This document shows positions 38,918-48,950 of a stretch of DNA of 64,000 bases, piece by piece. Source of the DNA: a virus; the IMG/VR virus record IMGVR_UViG_3300023108_000014, positions 1 through 64,000 of that record. One strand, 5' to 3'. How positions within the stretch are numbered: position 1 is the stretch's first letter; each line of letters begins with the position of its first letter. Below the pieces are notes generated by a model. It did not search any database. It was not told the origin of the DNA and was given only the letters and a program-made list of their open reading frames with translations. The position numbers and the translations under genes were made by a program.

Positions 38918-39694
38918 ATGCGCAAAGTATTTAGTATTATAGTAGCACTTTTATTTGCAGGATCAGCCTATGCACAAGAAGTAACACCAGTTATTTCAGG
39001 TGAAGTAGAACTAGATTTTACCCAAGACGCTAATGACGACTGGGGTGGAGCAATGGGTCTAGACTTAGGTATTGATGTTGCAGGTGCAGCAGATATCGAT
39101 TTAGATTTTTCAGCAACAGATGGAAATTCAGTAGTCCTTGATAGTTGGACAGTTGGTACAACTGTAAACGCTATTGGAATCGCAATTGGTGACGACAATG
39201 GTGTTATGCCAGATGCAGAAGGCAACCACACACTAGCAGCACCAGCAATGACTGAATCAGTCAAAGTAACAGCAGGTGCAGCAGAAGTTGCAATTGGCTT
39301 TACAGACTGGACAACAGATGTAACAGACATCAGCAACATTCAAGGTGCATACACATTGGGTGTAGCAGGTCTTGATGTAACAGCAGCAGGTGACTATAAT
39401 ATGGACACAGAAAACACTGTACTAGGTGCAGGTGTTAGTGGTCTTACACTAGGTTCAATTTTAGTAGGCGGTGCTTTTTCATATGATCTAGACGCTGAAA
39501 ACATTGGCTTCGAAGGTACAGTTGAAACAGGTGGTATCACAGCATACCTAAACGGCGACCAAGATGACACGCTACAAAACGTAGGTGGTGAGTATGTTTA
39601 TGCAATCGGCGGTGCTGAAGTTACAGCAGGTGCAAACTACAACCTAGATTCAGAAGATCTTACTCCAACAGTTGGTGTAAGTTTTAGTTTCTAA
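38918..39694 (+). CDS. outer-membrane porin-like beta-barrel
   Basis: Signal peptide, alternating beta strands, C-terminal VGVSFSF; strong codon bias. Confidence 0.8.
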   Translation: MRKVFSIIVALLFAGSAYAQEVTPVISGEVELDFTQDANDDWGGAMGLDLGIDVAGAADIDLDFSATDGNSVVLDSWTVGTTVNAIGIAIGDDNGVMPDAEGNHTLAAPAMTESVKVTAGAAEVAIGFTDWTTDVTDISNIQGAYTLGVAGLDVTAAGDYNMDTENTVLGAGVSGLTLGSILVGGAFSYDLDAENIGFEGTVETGGITAYLNGDQDDTLQNVGGEYVYAIGGAEVTAGANYNLDSEDLTPTVGVSFSF

Positions 39695-39724
39695 TAAACG
39701 AGATAGGCTATACGCCGTTCGCTT

Positions 39725-39751
39725 AAAAAGAGTCCACCGGGCTCTTTTTTT
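39725..39751 (+). terminator. intrinsic (bidirectional-looking) terminator
   Basis: AAAAAGAGTCC-ACC-GGGCTCTTTTTTT. Confidence 0.75.
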
Positions 39752-39797
39752 GTGACTATAACAATAAATACACATATAATAAGAGAGGGTCATTATT

Positions 39798-39992
39798 ATG
39801 TCAGAACAAGACGATAAAGGAAAACTCGAAGTAAGTGTTCGAATCCTTGGAAATGAACTTGTAGCATTACGCATGGACGTAGACGATTTCAAAATGAAAT
39901 GGCTAGTTATGGGTGTGATTGCTATTGTAGCACTAGGTTGGGCAGCAGGGAGTTTTGGTCCAGAACTGATCAGCATGTTCTCATCTGACTGA
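39798..39992 (+). CDS. small membrane protein
   Basis: KLEVSVRILGNEL plus TM. Confidence 0.6.
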   Translation: MSEQDDKGKLEVSVRILGNELVALRMDVDDFKMKWLVMGVIAIVALGWAAGSFGPELISMFSSD

Positions 39993-40324
39993 TGTGGCAA
40001 AAAATCAAAAAGAAGTTCAATATTGATTCCATAGTGGATGTCAGTGTTGATTTATTTTTGATACTGTTTGATGTATTGAGTTCACCTATACTAATTGTAA
40101 TGAGAATTATACGTTATGTTGTAGGAAAGTATTTGATGGATGGTGTTAAGAACAGGATCAAACAGTTATTACACTGGCTGGAACACAAACCACGTTGGGT
40201 GAGTTTTGTTGTAATACCAGTGTTGTTAGTAATAGTTGCTCACTTGCTTGTGTTGATGTGGATATTTGGACAAGCATTTGGAGAAGTAATAATGGAATTA
40301 TGGGGGAATACAGATAATGTATGA
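39992..40324 (+). CDS. membrane protein
   Basis: Two hydrophobic segments. Confidence 0.55.
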   Translation: MWQKIKKKFNIDSIVDVSVDLFLILFDVLSSPILIVMRIIRYVVGKYLMDGVKNRIKQLLHWLEHKPRWVSFVVIPVLLVIVAHLLVLMWIFGQAFGEVIMELWGNTDNV

Positions 40325-40754
40325 ATATAAATGTAAAATTTTAAGAGTAGTTGATGGAGATACTGTTGACATTGATATAGATTTAGGTTTTGGTGTTTGG
40401 ATGCACAAAGAAAGAGTACGAATGATGGGTATCGATACTCCAGAATCTAGAACAAGAGATAAAGTGGAGAAAGCATTTGGACTCGCAAGCAAATCTAGAC
40501 TCAAAGAACTACTGCCAGTCGGATCTATTCAAATTCTCAAAACAGAGATTGATAAAAGCGGAGAAGATAAAAAAGGTAAGTTCGGACGAATTTTGGGAGA
40601 CTTCCTTATCGACGATAGAAGAGCCACTGACATACTTATTGAAGAGGGACATGCTGTAGCATACTTTGGCGGAAGCAAAGAAGAAATTGCAATGAAACAC
40701 ATGGCCAACAGAGAAAAGCTTTTACGTGAGGGTATTGTAGTTCTTGATAGTTGA
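40317..40754 (+). CDS. thermonuclease (SNase-like)
   Basis: VVDGDTVD, RVRMMGIDTPES, GKFGRILG. Confidence 0.9.
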   Translation: MYEYKCKILRVVDGDTVDIDIDLGFGVWMHKERVRMMGIDTPESRTRDKVEKAFGLASKSRLKELLPVGSIQILKTEIDKSGEDKKGKFGRILGDFLIDDRRATDILIEEGHAVAYFGGSKEEIAMKHMANREKLLREGIVVLDS

Positions 40755-41310
40755 TGTAAGAGATAAAATTTTACAGGAACCGTTTAACACAGATCCTTTC
40801 CTTCATTTTGTAGTTAAGGATCTGTTTCCATTAGAATTCCAAAAACTTATAAAGTCAGAATATAAAAAAGAAAAAATGACAAGGCGTAATTACAACAATG
40901 AGAGTATGTGGCAAGGTTTGTTGGAAGGAGAGTTGTTTGATTTTTTTGCTATAGATATTGCACCAATACTACAGGAAAAATTTAAATCAAAAACACTAAT
41001 TAGACAAGATAATCAAGGACCTGTATTTAAAAAGGACAGACCATGGATGAAACTTCAAAGAGTACATAGAGATTTATGGGATCATATCGAAGGAAGAAGT
41101 TTTACATTTCAATATTTTTTTAGCGTAGCAGACCGTCCTGATGGAGGCACAATATTACATGATAAAAAACGCAAGCCAGTCCTTGAATTACCTTTAATTA
41201 ATAATAGTTGTACTGTATTTGAAAATAGTGATATATCCTATCATAGTGTTGCACAAAGAGGTTATGATAGAAATAGCGTATTAGTAAGATTTAAAGAGGT
41301 TGACAAATAA
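40744..41310 (+). CDS. 2OG-Fe(II) oxygenase
   Basis: DPF.H, VHRD, FTFQYF, GGT, SYHSV, RNS. Confidence 0.7.
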   Translation: MIVDVRDKILQEPFNTDPFLHFVVKDLFPLEFQKLIKSEYKKEKMTRRNYNNESMWQGLLEGELFDFFAIDIAPILQEKFKSKTLIRQDNQGPVFKKDRPWMKLQRVHRDLWDHIEGRSFTFQYFFSVADRPDGGTILHDKKRKPVLELPLINNSCTVFENSDISYHSVAQRGYDRNSVLVRFKEVDK

Positions 41311-41327
41311 TTTTAAGATGCTATATT
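41300..41327 (+). promoter_or_regulatory. sigma70-type promoter
   Basis: TTGACA-N16-TATATT. Confidence 0.6.
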
Positions 41328-41358
41328 AAACAAGTAGTAACACAACTAGGAGTTTATT

Positions 41359-41721
41359 ATGTCGATGCATCTTGTAGGTCCTTATATGACCACCACCAAG
41401 TACAATCGTAAGCAGAAAAAATCTAAAAACAAAAGACTACAACGTGCGCAAGCAGAGCATGAAACATGGCTTGCGTCTATGGGCTATACTGGCAAAGGTT
41501 CAGACTACCGTTATGCAATGCCAGACTATAGTAATCCAAGTGCTAACACAGTTCCAACTAGTGATCGTATTGACGGACATGCACCACAAAAAGAACGCAA
41601 TGTATATTCAGGCGAGCGTACATTGTTAGGTGTTGCAACAATGCATAAGAGCAATATGGTTCCTGTGTTTGCAGATAAGAAAGATGATGCTAAAGATATA
41701 GCACAAATGCGTAGAAACTAA
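41359..41721 (+). CDS. hypothetical phage protein
   Basis: YSG..LLGVATMHKSNMVPVF motif. Confidence 0.7.
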   Translation: MSMHLVGPYMTTTKYNRKQKKSKNKRLQRAQAEHETWLASMGYTGKGSDYRYAMPDYSNPSANTVPTSDRIDGHAPQKERNVYSGERTLLGVATMHKSNMVPVFADKKDDAKDIAQMRRN

Positions 41722-41773
41722 TCTACGCATAAAAAACATGCAAAAAACCACTTAAATATATAACGAGGCAAAA

Positions 41774-42295
41774 ATGAAACGAGTAATCTTAGGCTTAATT
41801 GCGGTTATGCTTACAACAAGTGTACACGCAACAACAGAAAAAACAGAGTTATACAGCGAAGAAGTACATCCGCAAGAGTATTGTCTTGCACTAAATATAT
41901 ATTATGAATCAAGGGGAAGTAATTACGCAGACCAAGTAGCAGTTGCAGATGTTGTGATGAATCGTGTTGAAGATACACGTTATCCAAACACAATTTGCGA
42001 AGTCGTTAAACAAGGAAAACAAAAGCCTTCATGGAAAGATCCAAACCAAATGGTTATGGTTCGTGACGCATGTCAATTCAGTTGGTATTGTGATGGAAAA
42101 AGCGACGAACCCCAAGATCGAAATGCTTGGATAAACGCACAACAAATTGCATGGTTTATGATTTGGGATAGAAAGCACAGAGGTATTACCGAAGGCGCTA
42201 CCCACTATCATGCCAAGTATGTTAGTCCTAGATGGGCAAAAGATTTACAATTAGTAGGAAGGATTGGTGTGCATATTTTTTATAGGTGGGAATAG
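41774..42295 (+). CDS. SleB-like cell wall hydrolase (Hydrolase_2)
   Basis: CLALNIYYESRG, VVMNRV..YPNTICEVV, CQFSW, GATHYHA, IG.HIFY. Confidence 0.92.
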   Translation: MKRVILGLIAVMLTTSVHATTEKTELYSEEVHPQEYCLALNIYYESRGSNYADQVAVADVVMNRVEDTRYPNTICEVVKQGKQKPSWKDPNQMVMVRDACQFSWYCDGKSDEPQDRNAWINAQQIAWFMIWDRKHRGITEGATHYHAKYVSPRWAKDLQLVGRIGVHIFYRWE

Positions 42296-44479
42296 ATGGC
42301 ATTAGGTTTTTTAGTATTTTTTACTGCACTAGCAATTTCAGCAGTAGCAATTTATTATAGCATCGCAGGGTTAGTCGCAATATTTGCGGCTGCCGCTATA
42401 CCTATTATGGTAATGGGCGGTGCACTTGAAATTGGCAAACTGGTTACAGCGGTTTGGCTACATAGGTATTGGTCACAAGCAAAGTGGTGGCTCAGGACCT
42501 ATCTTGCTCTTGCAGTTGTTGTTCTTATGTTTATTACTAGTATGGGTATTTTTGGCTTCTTGTCAAAAGCACATATCGAACAAACAAGTGCAAGTATTGA
42601 AAGTGTAGAACAAGTAGAAAGACTAGAAACTGAAATTGCAAGACAAGAATCGCTAGTTGTTCGTGCTGAACAAAAGATACAGAAAGCAGAGGAAAGCACA
42701 GGCAATCAAAATGCAGACATTCAATCTCAAATTGATAAAGAACAAGAACGTATAGACAGTGCTTATCAAAGAATTCAACCTGCCATAGATGAACAGAATG
42801 CTATTATACAGACACAACTTACTATATTAGAAGATAGAGTTGCTGTTTATGAAGATGAAATAAAAAGTCTTGATACTGAGTTAACAAGACTTAACAGTGT
42901 TGTTTCAGATTTAAGAAGTGAAATTGAAGGTACAAGTGTTGCTAGTATTGAAGAACAAGTACAGCCATATATTGACCAAATAGCACAATTAGATGAAGAT
43001 TTGGAACGAATCAACACACAAGCAAATGAATATGAACAACGTATTTCTAATTTAGAAATTGACACAAGTGCAATTGAAAGTTTAAAAACTAGAATTGCAG
43101 CAATAGAAGAATCTATTGTTGTAACAACGAATAAATTACAAAGTACAGAGCGTGATAAAATTCGTGAAGGACAAGCAGTCATTGGTGTAACAGATGATGG
43201 AGTGTTCGGCGGTAATACTAGACGTGCATTAACTGCATGGGTAGAAGCACAACAAGATCGCATTGCACAATTACAGTCACAAGAAACAGATTTAAGAGCA
43301 CAAGCAACTCAAACACTAGATAACGAAAGAAATCGTTTGACAGATCTAGTTAAAGATTTGCGTGGAACACAGACAGATAGTATTAACACACGTAAGCAAA
43401 ACTTATTAGATGCAATTGATAGTATAAGAGCAAGTGCAATTGAAGATAGTAAAACTGCTAAACAAGATATACAGAATAAGATTGATACAGTTTTAAACAC
43501 AGATATTCCTGCTAATAGGAGCGCAAGGCAAACAGCACAAGAGCAAATCACTGCCTTGCGTCAAGCAGATGATCCTCGTATTAATGCAGCACGAGATACA
43601 ATTAAACAACTTCGTGAAGGTGCAGATGCACAAATTGCTGCAAGTAACGATTTAATACAGAGGTTAAGAGATAGAATTAGAGTCGATGGTGGTGCAGACA
43701 TAGATGCTATTATTGACGAACAGACACAGCGTATTCGAGATGCAAATGCATTGATTGATGAAATGACTGAACAAAAATATGCCATAGAGGCAGAGTACAG
43801 AAAGCTAGAAGCAGAAGTAGGTCCTATCAAATACATTGCAGAATTTATCTATGAAGACGCAGACAGAGATGTATTAGAAGAGGCAGTGCGTTGGGTTATC
43901 ATCACAATTATTTTTGTATTTGATCCGCTTGCCGTTTTATTGCTAATCGCAAGCCAATACACTTTTGAATTTCACAGAAAACAAAAACCAAACGATAAGC
44001 AATATTGGAAAGACTACGATCGTGCTAGGGCAGAGCGCATGGTAGCAAATAAGGGATTTAAAGTTGACAGCGGAGGAGAAGTTGAAACAACTATTAGCGA
44101 ACATACCACTGGAGCCACCGATTCGGGAAGAGACTCTTCCGAAAGAGTGGTTGTGGCCGAAGAAGAAACGACACCAATAGAATTAGAGCCTGAAGCAAAA
44201 GAAGATGAAACTAATAATGAAAGCACTGAATCTAAAAAAGATACAGAAGCAGTAATTCAAAAAAAAAGAACTGAAAGACTAGCATTACTAGAAACTGATC
44301 TAGGTTATCAAAATAGCAAACAAGAATGGAAAAAACTTCATCCAGATCAGACAATTAAATTTTGGAAAGACCAATATATAAAAGGTAAGATTGATGAACT
44401 TCCTTGGGAGCAATCTTACACTCAAAATGAGGAACAAAGTGCAAATTCAATTTGGCAGCGTATAAAAGACAATGAGTGA
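42296..44479 (+). CDS. membrane-anchored long coiled-coil protein with internal PG-binding-like motif
   Basis: N-terminal TMs, ~400-aa coiled coil, GVTDDGVFGGNTRRAL, C-terminal TM (VFDPLAV). Confidence 0.65.
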   Translation: MALGFLVFFTALAISAVAIYYSIAGLVAIFAAAAIPIMVMGGALEIGKLVTAVWLHRYWSQAKWWLRTYLALAVVVLMFITSMGIFGFLSKAHIEQTSASIESVEQVERLETEIARQESLVVRAEQKIQKAEESTGNQNADIQSQIDKEQERIDSAYQRIQPAIDEQNAIIQTQLTILEDRVAVYEDEIKSLDTELTRLNSVVSDLRSEIEGTSVASIEEQVQPYIDQIAQLDEDLERINTQANEYEQRISNLEIDTSAIESLKTRIAAIEESIVVTTNKLQSTERDKIREGQAVIGVTDDGVFGGNTRRALTAWVEAQQDRIAQLQSQETDLRAQATQTLDNERNRLTDLVKDLRGTQTDSINTRKQNLLDAIDSIRASAIEDSKTAKQDIQNKIDTVLNTDIPANRSARQTAQEQITALRQADDPRINAARDTIKQLREGADAQIAASNDLIQRLRDRIRVDGGADIDAIIDEQTQRIRDANALIDEMTEQKYAIEAEYRKLEAEVGPIKYIAEFIYEDADRDVLEEAVRWVIITIIFVFDPLAVLLLIASQYTFEFHRKQKPNDKQYWKDYDRARAERMVANKGFKVDSGGEVETTISEHTTGATDSGRDSSERVVVAEEETTPIELEPEAKEDETNNESTESKKDTEAVIQKKRTERLALLETDLGYQNSKQEWKKLHPDQTIKFWKDQYIKGKIDELPWEQSYTQNEEQSANSIWQRIKDNE

Positions 44480-44858
44480 CGTAACTATTATTACCACACC
44501 TGATGTTATTTCTAACGACTGTTATAGTATTCTTTTAATTTGTCCAAGTCAAAATCTTCGTACAGATTTGCAGGACATTTTAAGAAGAATTGATATTCCT
44601 GTGAATATATACCTTTATGTAGGAACAGAAGAAGAACCTGCTTGGTTTTTAAGACTATGCAAAATGGTAGACTTAACAATAATTGATGTTGACAATTTAG
44701 ATTTGTTAACTACAAATTTTGTATCACATTTAATTGCACAACCAAATACATATTATACACTACAAGAAGATAGAGTAGGATTTCATCACATAAGTAAAAA
44801 CAGATTTTATGACCTTGCATGGTTTGAAAAGAATTTACTTGACAAAGTTTCTAATTGA
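44472..44858 (+). CDS. hypothetical protein
   Basis: Coupled ORF. Confidence 0.6.
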   Translation: MSDVTIITTPDVISNDCYSILLICPSQNLRTDLQDILRRIDIPVNIYLYVGTEEEPAWFLRLCKMVDLTIIDVDNLDLLTTNFVSHLIAQPNTYYTLQEDRVGFHHISKNRFYDLAWFEKNLLDKVSN

Positions 44859-44867
44859 TATTATCAT
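44839..44867 (+). promoter_or_regulatory. sigma70-type promoter for rpsU-guaC
   Basis: TTGACA-N17-TATCAT. Confidence 0.6.
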
Positions 44868-44886
44868 ATAAAAAATGGAGTAATTA

Positions 44887-45135
44887 ATGGCTAATAAAAT
44901 GAGACGCCGTGGGGACAACGAGTTCCGCGGATTATATGTGGAAGTACACAATAACGATGTTAACAAAGCACTTCGCAGATTTAAGAAGAAAGTTGCAGAA
45001 GACGGTATTCTTCAAGAACTTCGTAAACGTGAATTCTACGAATCAAAAGGCACTAAACGCCGTAAATCAAAAGAAGCAGCAATTAGACGTTATAAGAAAA
45101 ATGAAGCAAAACGTAAGTTAGAAATGGGTTATTGA
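44887..45135 (+). CDS. rpsU: ribosomal protein bS21
   Basis: [37 protein letters not shown]. Confidence 0.92.
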   Translation: MANKMRRRGDNEFRGLYVEVHNNDVNKALRRFKKKVAEDGILQELRKREFYESKGTKRRKSKEAAIRRYKKNEAKRKLEMGY

Positions 45136-45138
45136 TAA

Positions 45139-46362
45139 ATGCGTTTAGAAGAAGATTTAAAACTTGATTATAAAGATGTGCTCATTCGTCCAAAGCGTAG
45201 TACCTTACATAGTCGTAAGCAAGTTAAACTTAATCGTAAGTTTCAGTTTAGAAATTACAAACCAGGTTATCCTGATCATGCAATCCATGAACATTATATT
45301 GGTATTCCTATTATGGCAAGCAACATGGACGGTGTTGGTACTATGCGTATGGCAGATAAACTTGCCGAAGGTGAGATGTTTACTTGTCTTGTAAAGACTT
45401 ACAGCGCAGAAGAACTTATTGTGTACTTTAACGGTGAAGACTTAGACGGGGACGGTTTAGAACGTACAGAAAATGTTGCTATGAGCATAGGCACAAGTGA
45501 CAGTGATTACAACAAACTTATTCAAGTTAAGAAAGAATGTGATTATAGACTTAAATATGTATGTATGGATATTGCTAATGGTTATAGCGACCACTTTGCA
45601 GCACATGTTCGCAAAGTAAGAGAAGAATTTCCAGATCTAGTAATTATTGCTGGCAATGTTGTTACAAGAGAAATGACAGAGGAGTTAATTTTAAGTGGAG
45701 CAGATATTGTTAAAGTGGGTATTGGTCCCGGGAGTGTTTGCACTACTCGCATACAAACTGGTGTTGGATATCCGCAGTTATCGGCAGTTATCGAATGTGC
45801 AGATGCCGCCCATGGACTTGGGGGTCACATTATTGCTGACGGTGGGTGTACTTGCCCTGGAGATGTCGCTAAGGCCTTTGCTGCCGGTGCAGATTTTGTT
45901 ATGCTTGGTGGCATGCTTGCTGGGCACAATGAAGGCGGTGGCGAAATAATAACCAAAACATATCAAACTATGGAAGCAAAGATGCAACCCTTTCCGCAAG
46001 ACATGCCGGAAGAAGAAAGACAAAAAGCACTCGAAGCAGTTGAAAAGGGAGAATTTGATCCTCCTATGCAGCCTGTTTTTGAAAAAAAGAAATTCGTACA
46101 ATTCTACGGTATGAGTAGTGAAAGTGCAAACGATAAGCATTTTGGTGGACTTAAAGATTATCGTTCATCAGAAGGACGCACAGTGTTGGTACCTTACAGA
46201 GGTCCTGTGGCTAGAACAGTGCAGGAAATTCTAGGAGGTGTGCGTAGTACATGTACCTATGCAGGTGCAATGAAACTCAAACAACTAAGTAAATGTGCAA
46301 CATTTATTCGTTGCACACAAACACACAATTCGGTGTATGAATCGAGTACAATAGGCAAATGA
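45139..46362 (+). CDS. guaC: GMP reductase
   Basis: [47 protein letters not shown]. Confidence 0.95.
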   Translation: MRLEEDLKLDYKDVLIRPKRSTLHSRKQVKLNRKFQFRNYKPGYPDHAIHEHYIGIPIMASNMDGVGTMRMADKLAEGEMFTCLVKTYSAEELIVYFNGEDLDGDGLERTENVAMSIGTSDSDYNKLIQVKKECDYRLKYVCMDIANGYSDHFAAHVRKVREEFPDLVIIAGNVVTREMTEELILSGADIVKVGIGPGSVCTTRIQTGVGYPQLSAVIECADAAHGLGGHIIADGGCTCPGDVAKAFAAGADFVMLGGMLAGHNEGGGEIITKTYQTMEAKMQPFPQDMPEEERQKALEAVEKGEFDPPMQPVFEKKKFVQFYGMSSESANDKHFGGLKDYRSSEGRTVLVPYRGPVARTVQEILGGVRSTCTYAGAMKLKQLSKCATFIRCTQTHNSVYESSTIGK

Positions 46363-47111
46363 TAAAAAAGTTAATAGAAGCAATGCATGTAAGTAGGAGG
46401 TGCCAGCGTAATTGGACATCTCAAAATATTGACGAAGAAACAATTAATGGATTAATAGAAATAGCAATAAATGCACCTTCTAAACAAAATGAAGTTCATT
46501 TTGCATTAGCAGTCGTAACTAATAAAGATATTTTAAAAGATATTTACGACGATTTTGTTTGGGGATTTCATGCATATGACTATAATAGTGCTATGCGTAA
46601 TACTCAAATGGGAGCACCGGCTCTTTTCATTTATGGATATACGACACAAACTGATATACACGGCGACTCCCATGGCAATGTTACGTCAAATGTAGTCAGT
46701 ATTGGTTTTGAAGACAGGATGGATCTAGCAGCAGAACGAAGTATTGGTATCAGTTCAGGACAATTGGTGCTTGCAGCCAACATGTTAGGATTGAAGACAG
46801 GTTTTTGCCAAAATCTTTACTATAATGATAAAGAAGAACAAGACTGGAAAGATGTCCTACAGTTATCTAAAGGCATAGACTTTTGTCCTTCACTGGCAGT
46901 TGGTATAGGATATCCAGATACTTCATTAGAATGGTATGAAACTACAGATTTAGAATATCTTGTTGCTACTAAAAAAGAAAAAAATCTAAGAGAAAATACA
47001 GTATTAGATTATGCATCTACAGATAGAAGAATATTAAAAGACAGAAAAGTTTTTAAGTTTGGTCCTAAAAGCACAAAGGAAAAAAACGTTCCTTTACATT
47101 ATATTAAATGA
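46359..47111 (+). CDS. nitroreductase-like protein
   Basis: [32 protein letters not shown]. Confidence 0.75.
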   Translation: MIKKLIEAMHVSRRCQRNWTSQNIDEETINGLIEIAINAPSKQNEVHFALAVVTNKDILKDIYDDFVWGFHAYDYNSAMRNTQMGAPALFIYGYTTQTDIHGDSHGNVTSNVVSIGFEDRMDLAAERSIGISSGQLVLAANMLGLKTGFCQNLYYNDKEEQDWKDVLQLSKGIDFCPSLAVGIGYPDTSLEWYETTDLEYLVATKKEKNLRENTVLDYASTDRRILKDRKVFKFGPKSTKEKNVPLHYIK

Positions 47112-47121
47112 TAGATAGGAC

Positions 47122-47152
47122 TTGACAAAAATTTATAAATAATGTATAAATA
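47122..47152 (+). promoter_or_regulatory. composite sigma70 / late promoter for hsp20
   Basis: TTGACA-N17-TATAAA, with two TATAAATA copies. Confidence 0.6.
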
Positions 47153-47154
47153 AA

Positions 47155-47209
47155 ATGTGCGCCGAAAAGGGCACATAACATATCTTGCTTAATAAGGAGA
47201 AATGAAATG
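47155..47209 (+). promoter_or_regulatory. ROSE-like RNA thermometer in the hsp20 5'UTR
   Basis: Upstream hairpin plus TCTTGCTT-AAT-AAGGAGA, with the U(U/C)GCU motif pairing to the SD. Confidence 0.7.
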
Positions 47210-47653
47210 ACAAGATTAACAACACTAGACTTACCCCATCTACATCGTGCAACTATTGGATTTGATAGAATCTTTAATGAAATGACACGAGATTTTGCAA
47301 ACAGCAAATCAAACGGGTATCCACCTTACAACATTGCACAAATCAACGAAGACGAATATATGATTAGTATTGCAGTCGCAGGATTTGGTATGGACAACTT
47401 AGACATTACAGTAGAAAAGAATGTAATGACTGTAGAAGGTACTGCTCCAAAAGGTGATGAGGAAGTAAACTATCTTCATAAAGGAATTGGCGGGCGTAAC
47501 TTCCGCAGACAGTTTACACTTGCAGAGCATGTAGAAGTTGCTAATGCTACTTTAGAACTAGGAATGTTAAATATTCATCTAGTACGTGAAGTACCAGAAG
47601 CACAAAAACCAAAGAAAATTAGTATCCGTGAAGTTGGAACTATTGAAGGCTAA
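47207..47653 (+). CDS. small heat shock protein (IbpA/Hsp20)
   Basis: IGFDR, YPPYNI, AVAGF, YLHKGI..RNF.R.F.LA, GML.I.L. Confidence 0.95.
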   Translation: MTRLTTLDLPHLHRATIGFDRIFNEMTRDFANSKSNGYPPYNIAQINEDEYMISIAVAGFGMDNLDITVEKNVMTVEGTAPKGDEEVNYLHKGIGGRNFRRQFTLAEHVEVANATLELGMLNIHLVREVPEAQKPKKISIREVGTIEG

Positions 47654-47658
47654 GGGTT

Positions 47659-47684
47659 TGGGGGGAGTAACATCCCCCCATTTT
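47659..47684 (+). terminator. intrinsic terminator
   Basis: TGGGGGGA-GTAACA-TCCCCCCA-TTTT. Confidence 0.7.
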
Positions 47685-47691
47685 AGGAGGT

Positions 47692-48009
47692 ATGATGACT
47701 AATATTTTAGAAGATATCAAAATTGATGAAAAAATCAAAATCGAATATAAAGAACCTGGTCAATACAAAGTTGTATTTCTAAATGATGACCAGACTCCTA
47801 TGGACTTTGTTGTAAGTTTGCTTGTTGAAGTTTTTAAACATTCAGAAGATCAAGCACACAATATTACACTGCAAATACATGAAGAAGGATCGGGCATTGT
47901 AGGAATTTATAGTTTTGAGATTGCAGAACAAAAAGCATTGGAAGCGACAGGTGTTTCTAGAGAAAATGGCTTTCCTTTAAGAGTAAGGGTAGAAGAACTA
48001 GATTCATGA
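47692..48009 (+). CDS. clpS: ClpS adaptor protein
   Basis: YKVVFLNDDQTPMDFVV, IHEEG, EIAEQK, GFPL. Confidence 0.92.
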   Translation: MMTNILEDIKIDEKIKIEYKEPGQYKVVFLNDDQTPMDFVVSLLVEVFKHSEDQAHNITLQIHEEGSGIVGIYSFEIAEQKALEATGVSRENGFPLRVRVEELDS

Positions 48010-48950
48010 TTTTCTATATGGAAAATGAATTTAAAACTATTGTAAAATCCATCCGAAAGAACAACTTAAAAGAAATTACATTACTTTGGCCACAAGAATG
48101 GGAGCCGTGGGCTCCCAAAAAGTTTATAGAAACAATAAAACAATATGATGTAAAAATTAATTGGGTGCTAGGCTGTTTTGAATCTGAGACTGTTGCAAAA
48201 CGAGTAAAAAAATTAGGATTAAAAGATAACGTAAATTTATTATATTGGCCTACATTTTGGTGCGCATCTCAATTCTTAGATGGCAGCACAAAACGTATTA
48301 AAATGCCAAAAAAGTTTTCAAACAAAATTATTTGTTTAAATTGTCAACCCCATTTACATAGATGCATTTCGATTGAAGAAATAGTAAAGAATGGACTACA
48401 TCAAATGCCTGGTGTATCATTGAGTTTTATCTTGCCTCAAAATGCTAACTATGACTGGAAATATCATACAGGTTTACCTATCAATAGAGATATGATGAGT
48501 CATCATTTGGATCATTCAGTATTGCCTAAAGCCTATAAAAATTCTTTCTGGGACTTTGTGACCGAGAGCAGTCATTTTATACCTTTTGTAACAGAAAAAT
48601 TCTATAGAGGTACATATCAATTTAAAATTCCTGTTACACTAGGCTGTGTAGGATATAATACAAATTACATAAAAAATTTAGGCTTTGAGTTATATGACGA
48701 ATATATAGATTATAGTTTTGATACTATAGATGATTTAGAGACAAGATGTAAGATGTATGTAGAACAAATGTCTACAGTGGTAGATATGGAGCAAAATGTA
48801 ATTTACAATGAATCTAAAGAAAAAATAATTCACAATAGAGAAATTGTAAAATCATTAGTAGATAATTACACTTACATTCCAGAAGAAATACAACATATTG
48901 ACTGGGTCAAAAATACAATAACGAAAGCAAAGCACTTTGTCCAAACTTAA
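48006..48950 (+). CDS. glycosyltransferase-like protein (GT10-like TEK motif)
   Basis: CLN..PH.HR; FVTES..FVTEK...LGFELYDE.IDYSFD. Confidence 0.55.
   Translation: MIFYMENEFKTIVKSIRKNNLKEITLLWPQEWEPWAPKKFIETIKQYDVKINWVLGCFESETVAKRVKKLGLKDNVNLLYWPTFWCASQFLDGSTKRIKMPKKFSNKIICLNCQPHLHRCISIEEIVKNGLHQMPGVSLSFILPQNANYDWKYHTGLPINRDMMSHHLDHSVLPKAYKNSFWDFVTESSHFIPFVTEKFYRGTYQFKIPVTLGCVGYNTNYIKNLGFELYDEYIDYSFDTIDDLETRCKMYVEQMSTVVDMEQNVIYNESKEKIIHNREIVKSLVDNYTYIPEEIQHIDWVKNTITKAKHFVQT

Noticed and set aside
44259-44267. A9 run as a second programmed frameshift
   Set aside because: The main frame reads through and the -1 frame stops almost immediately (KKN*), with no downstream ORF to access
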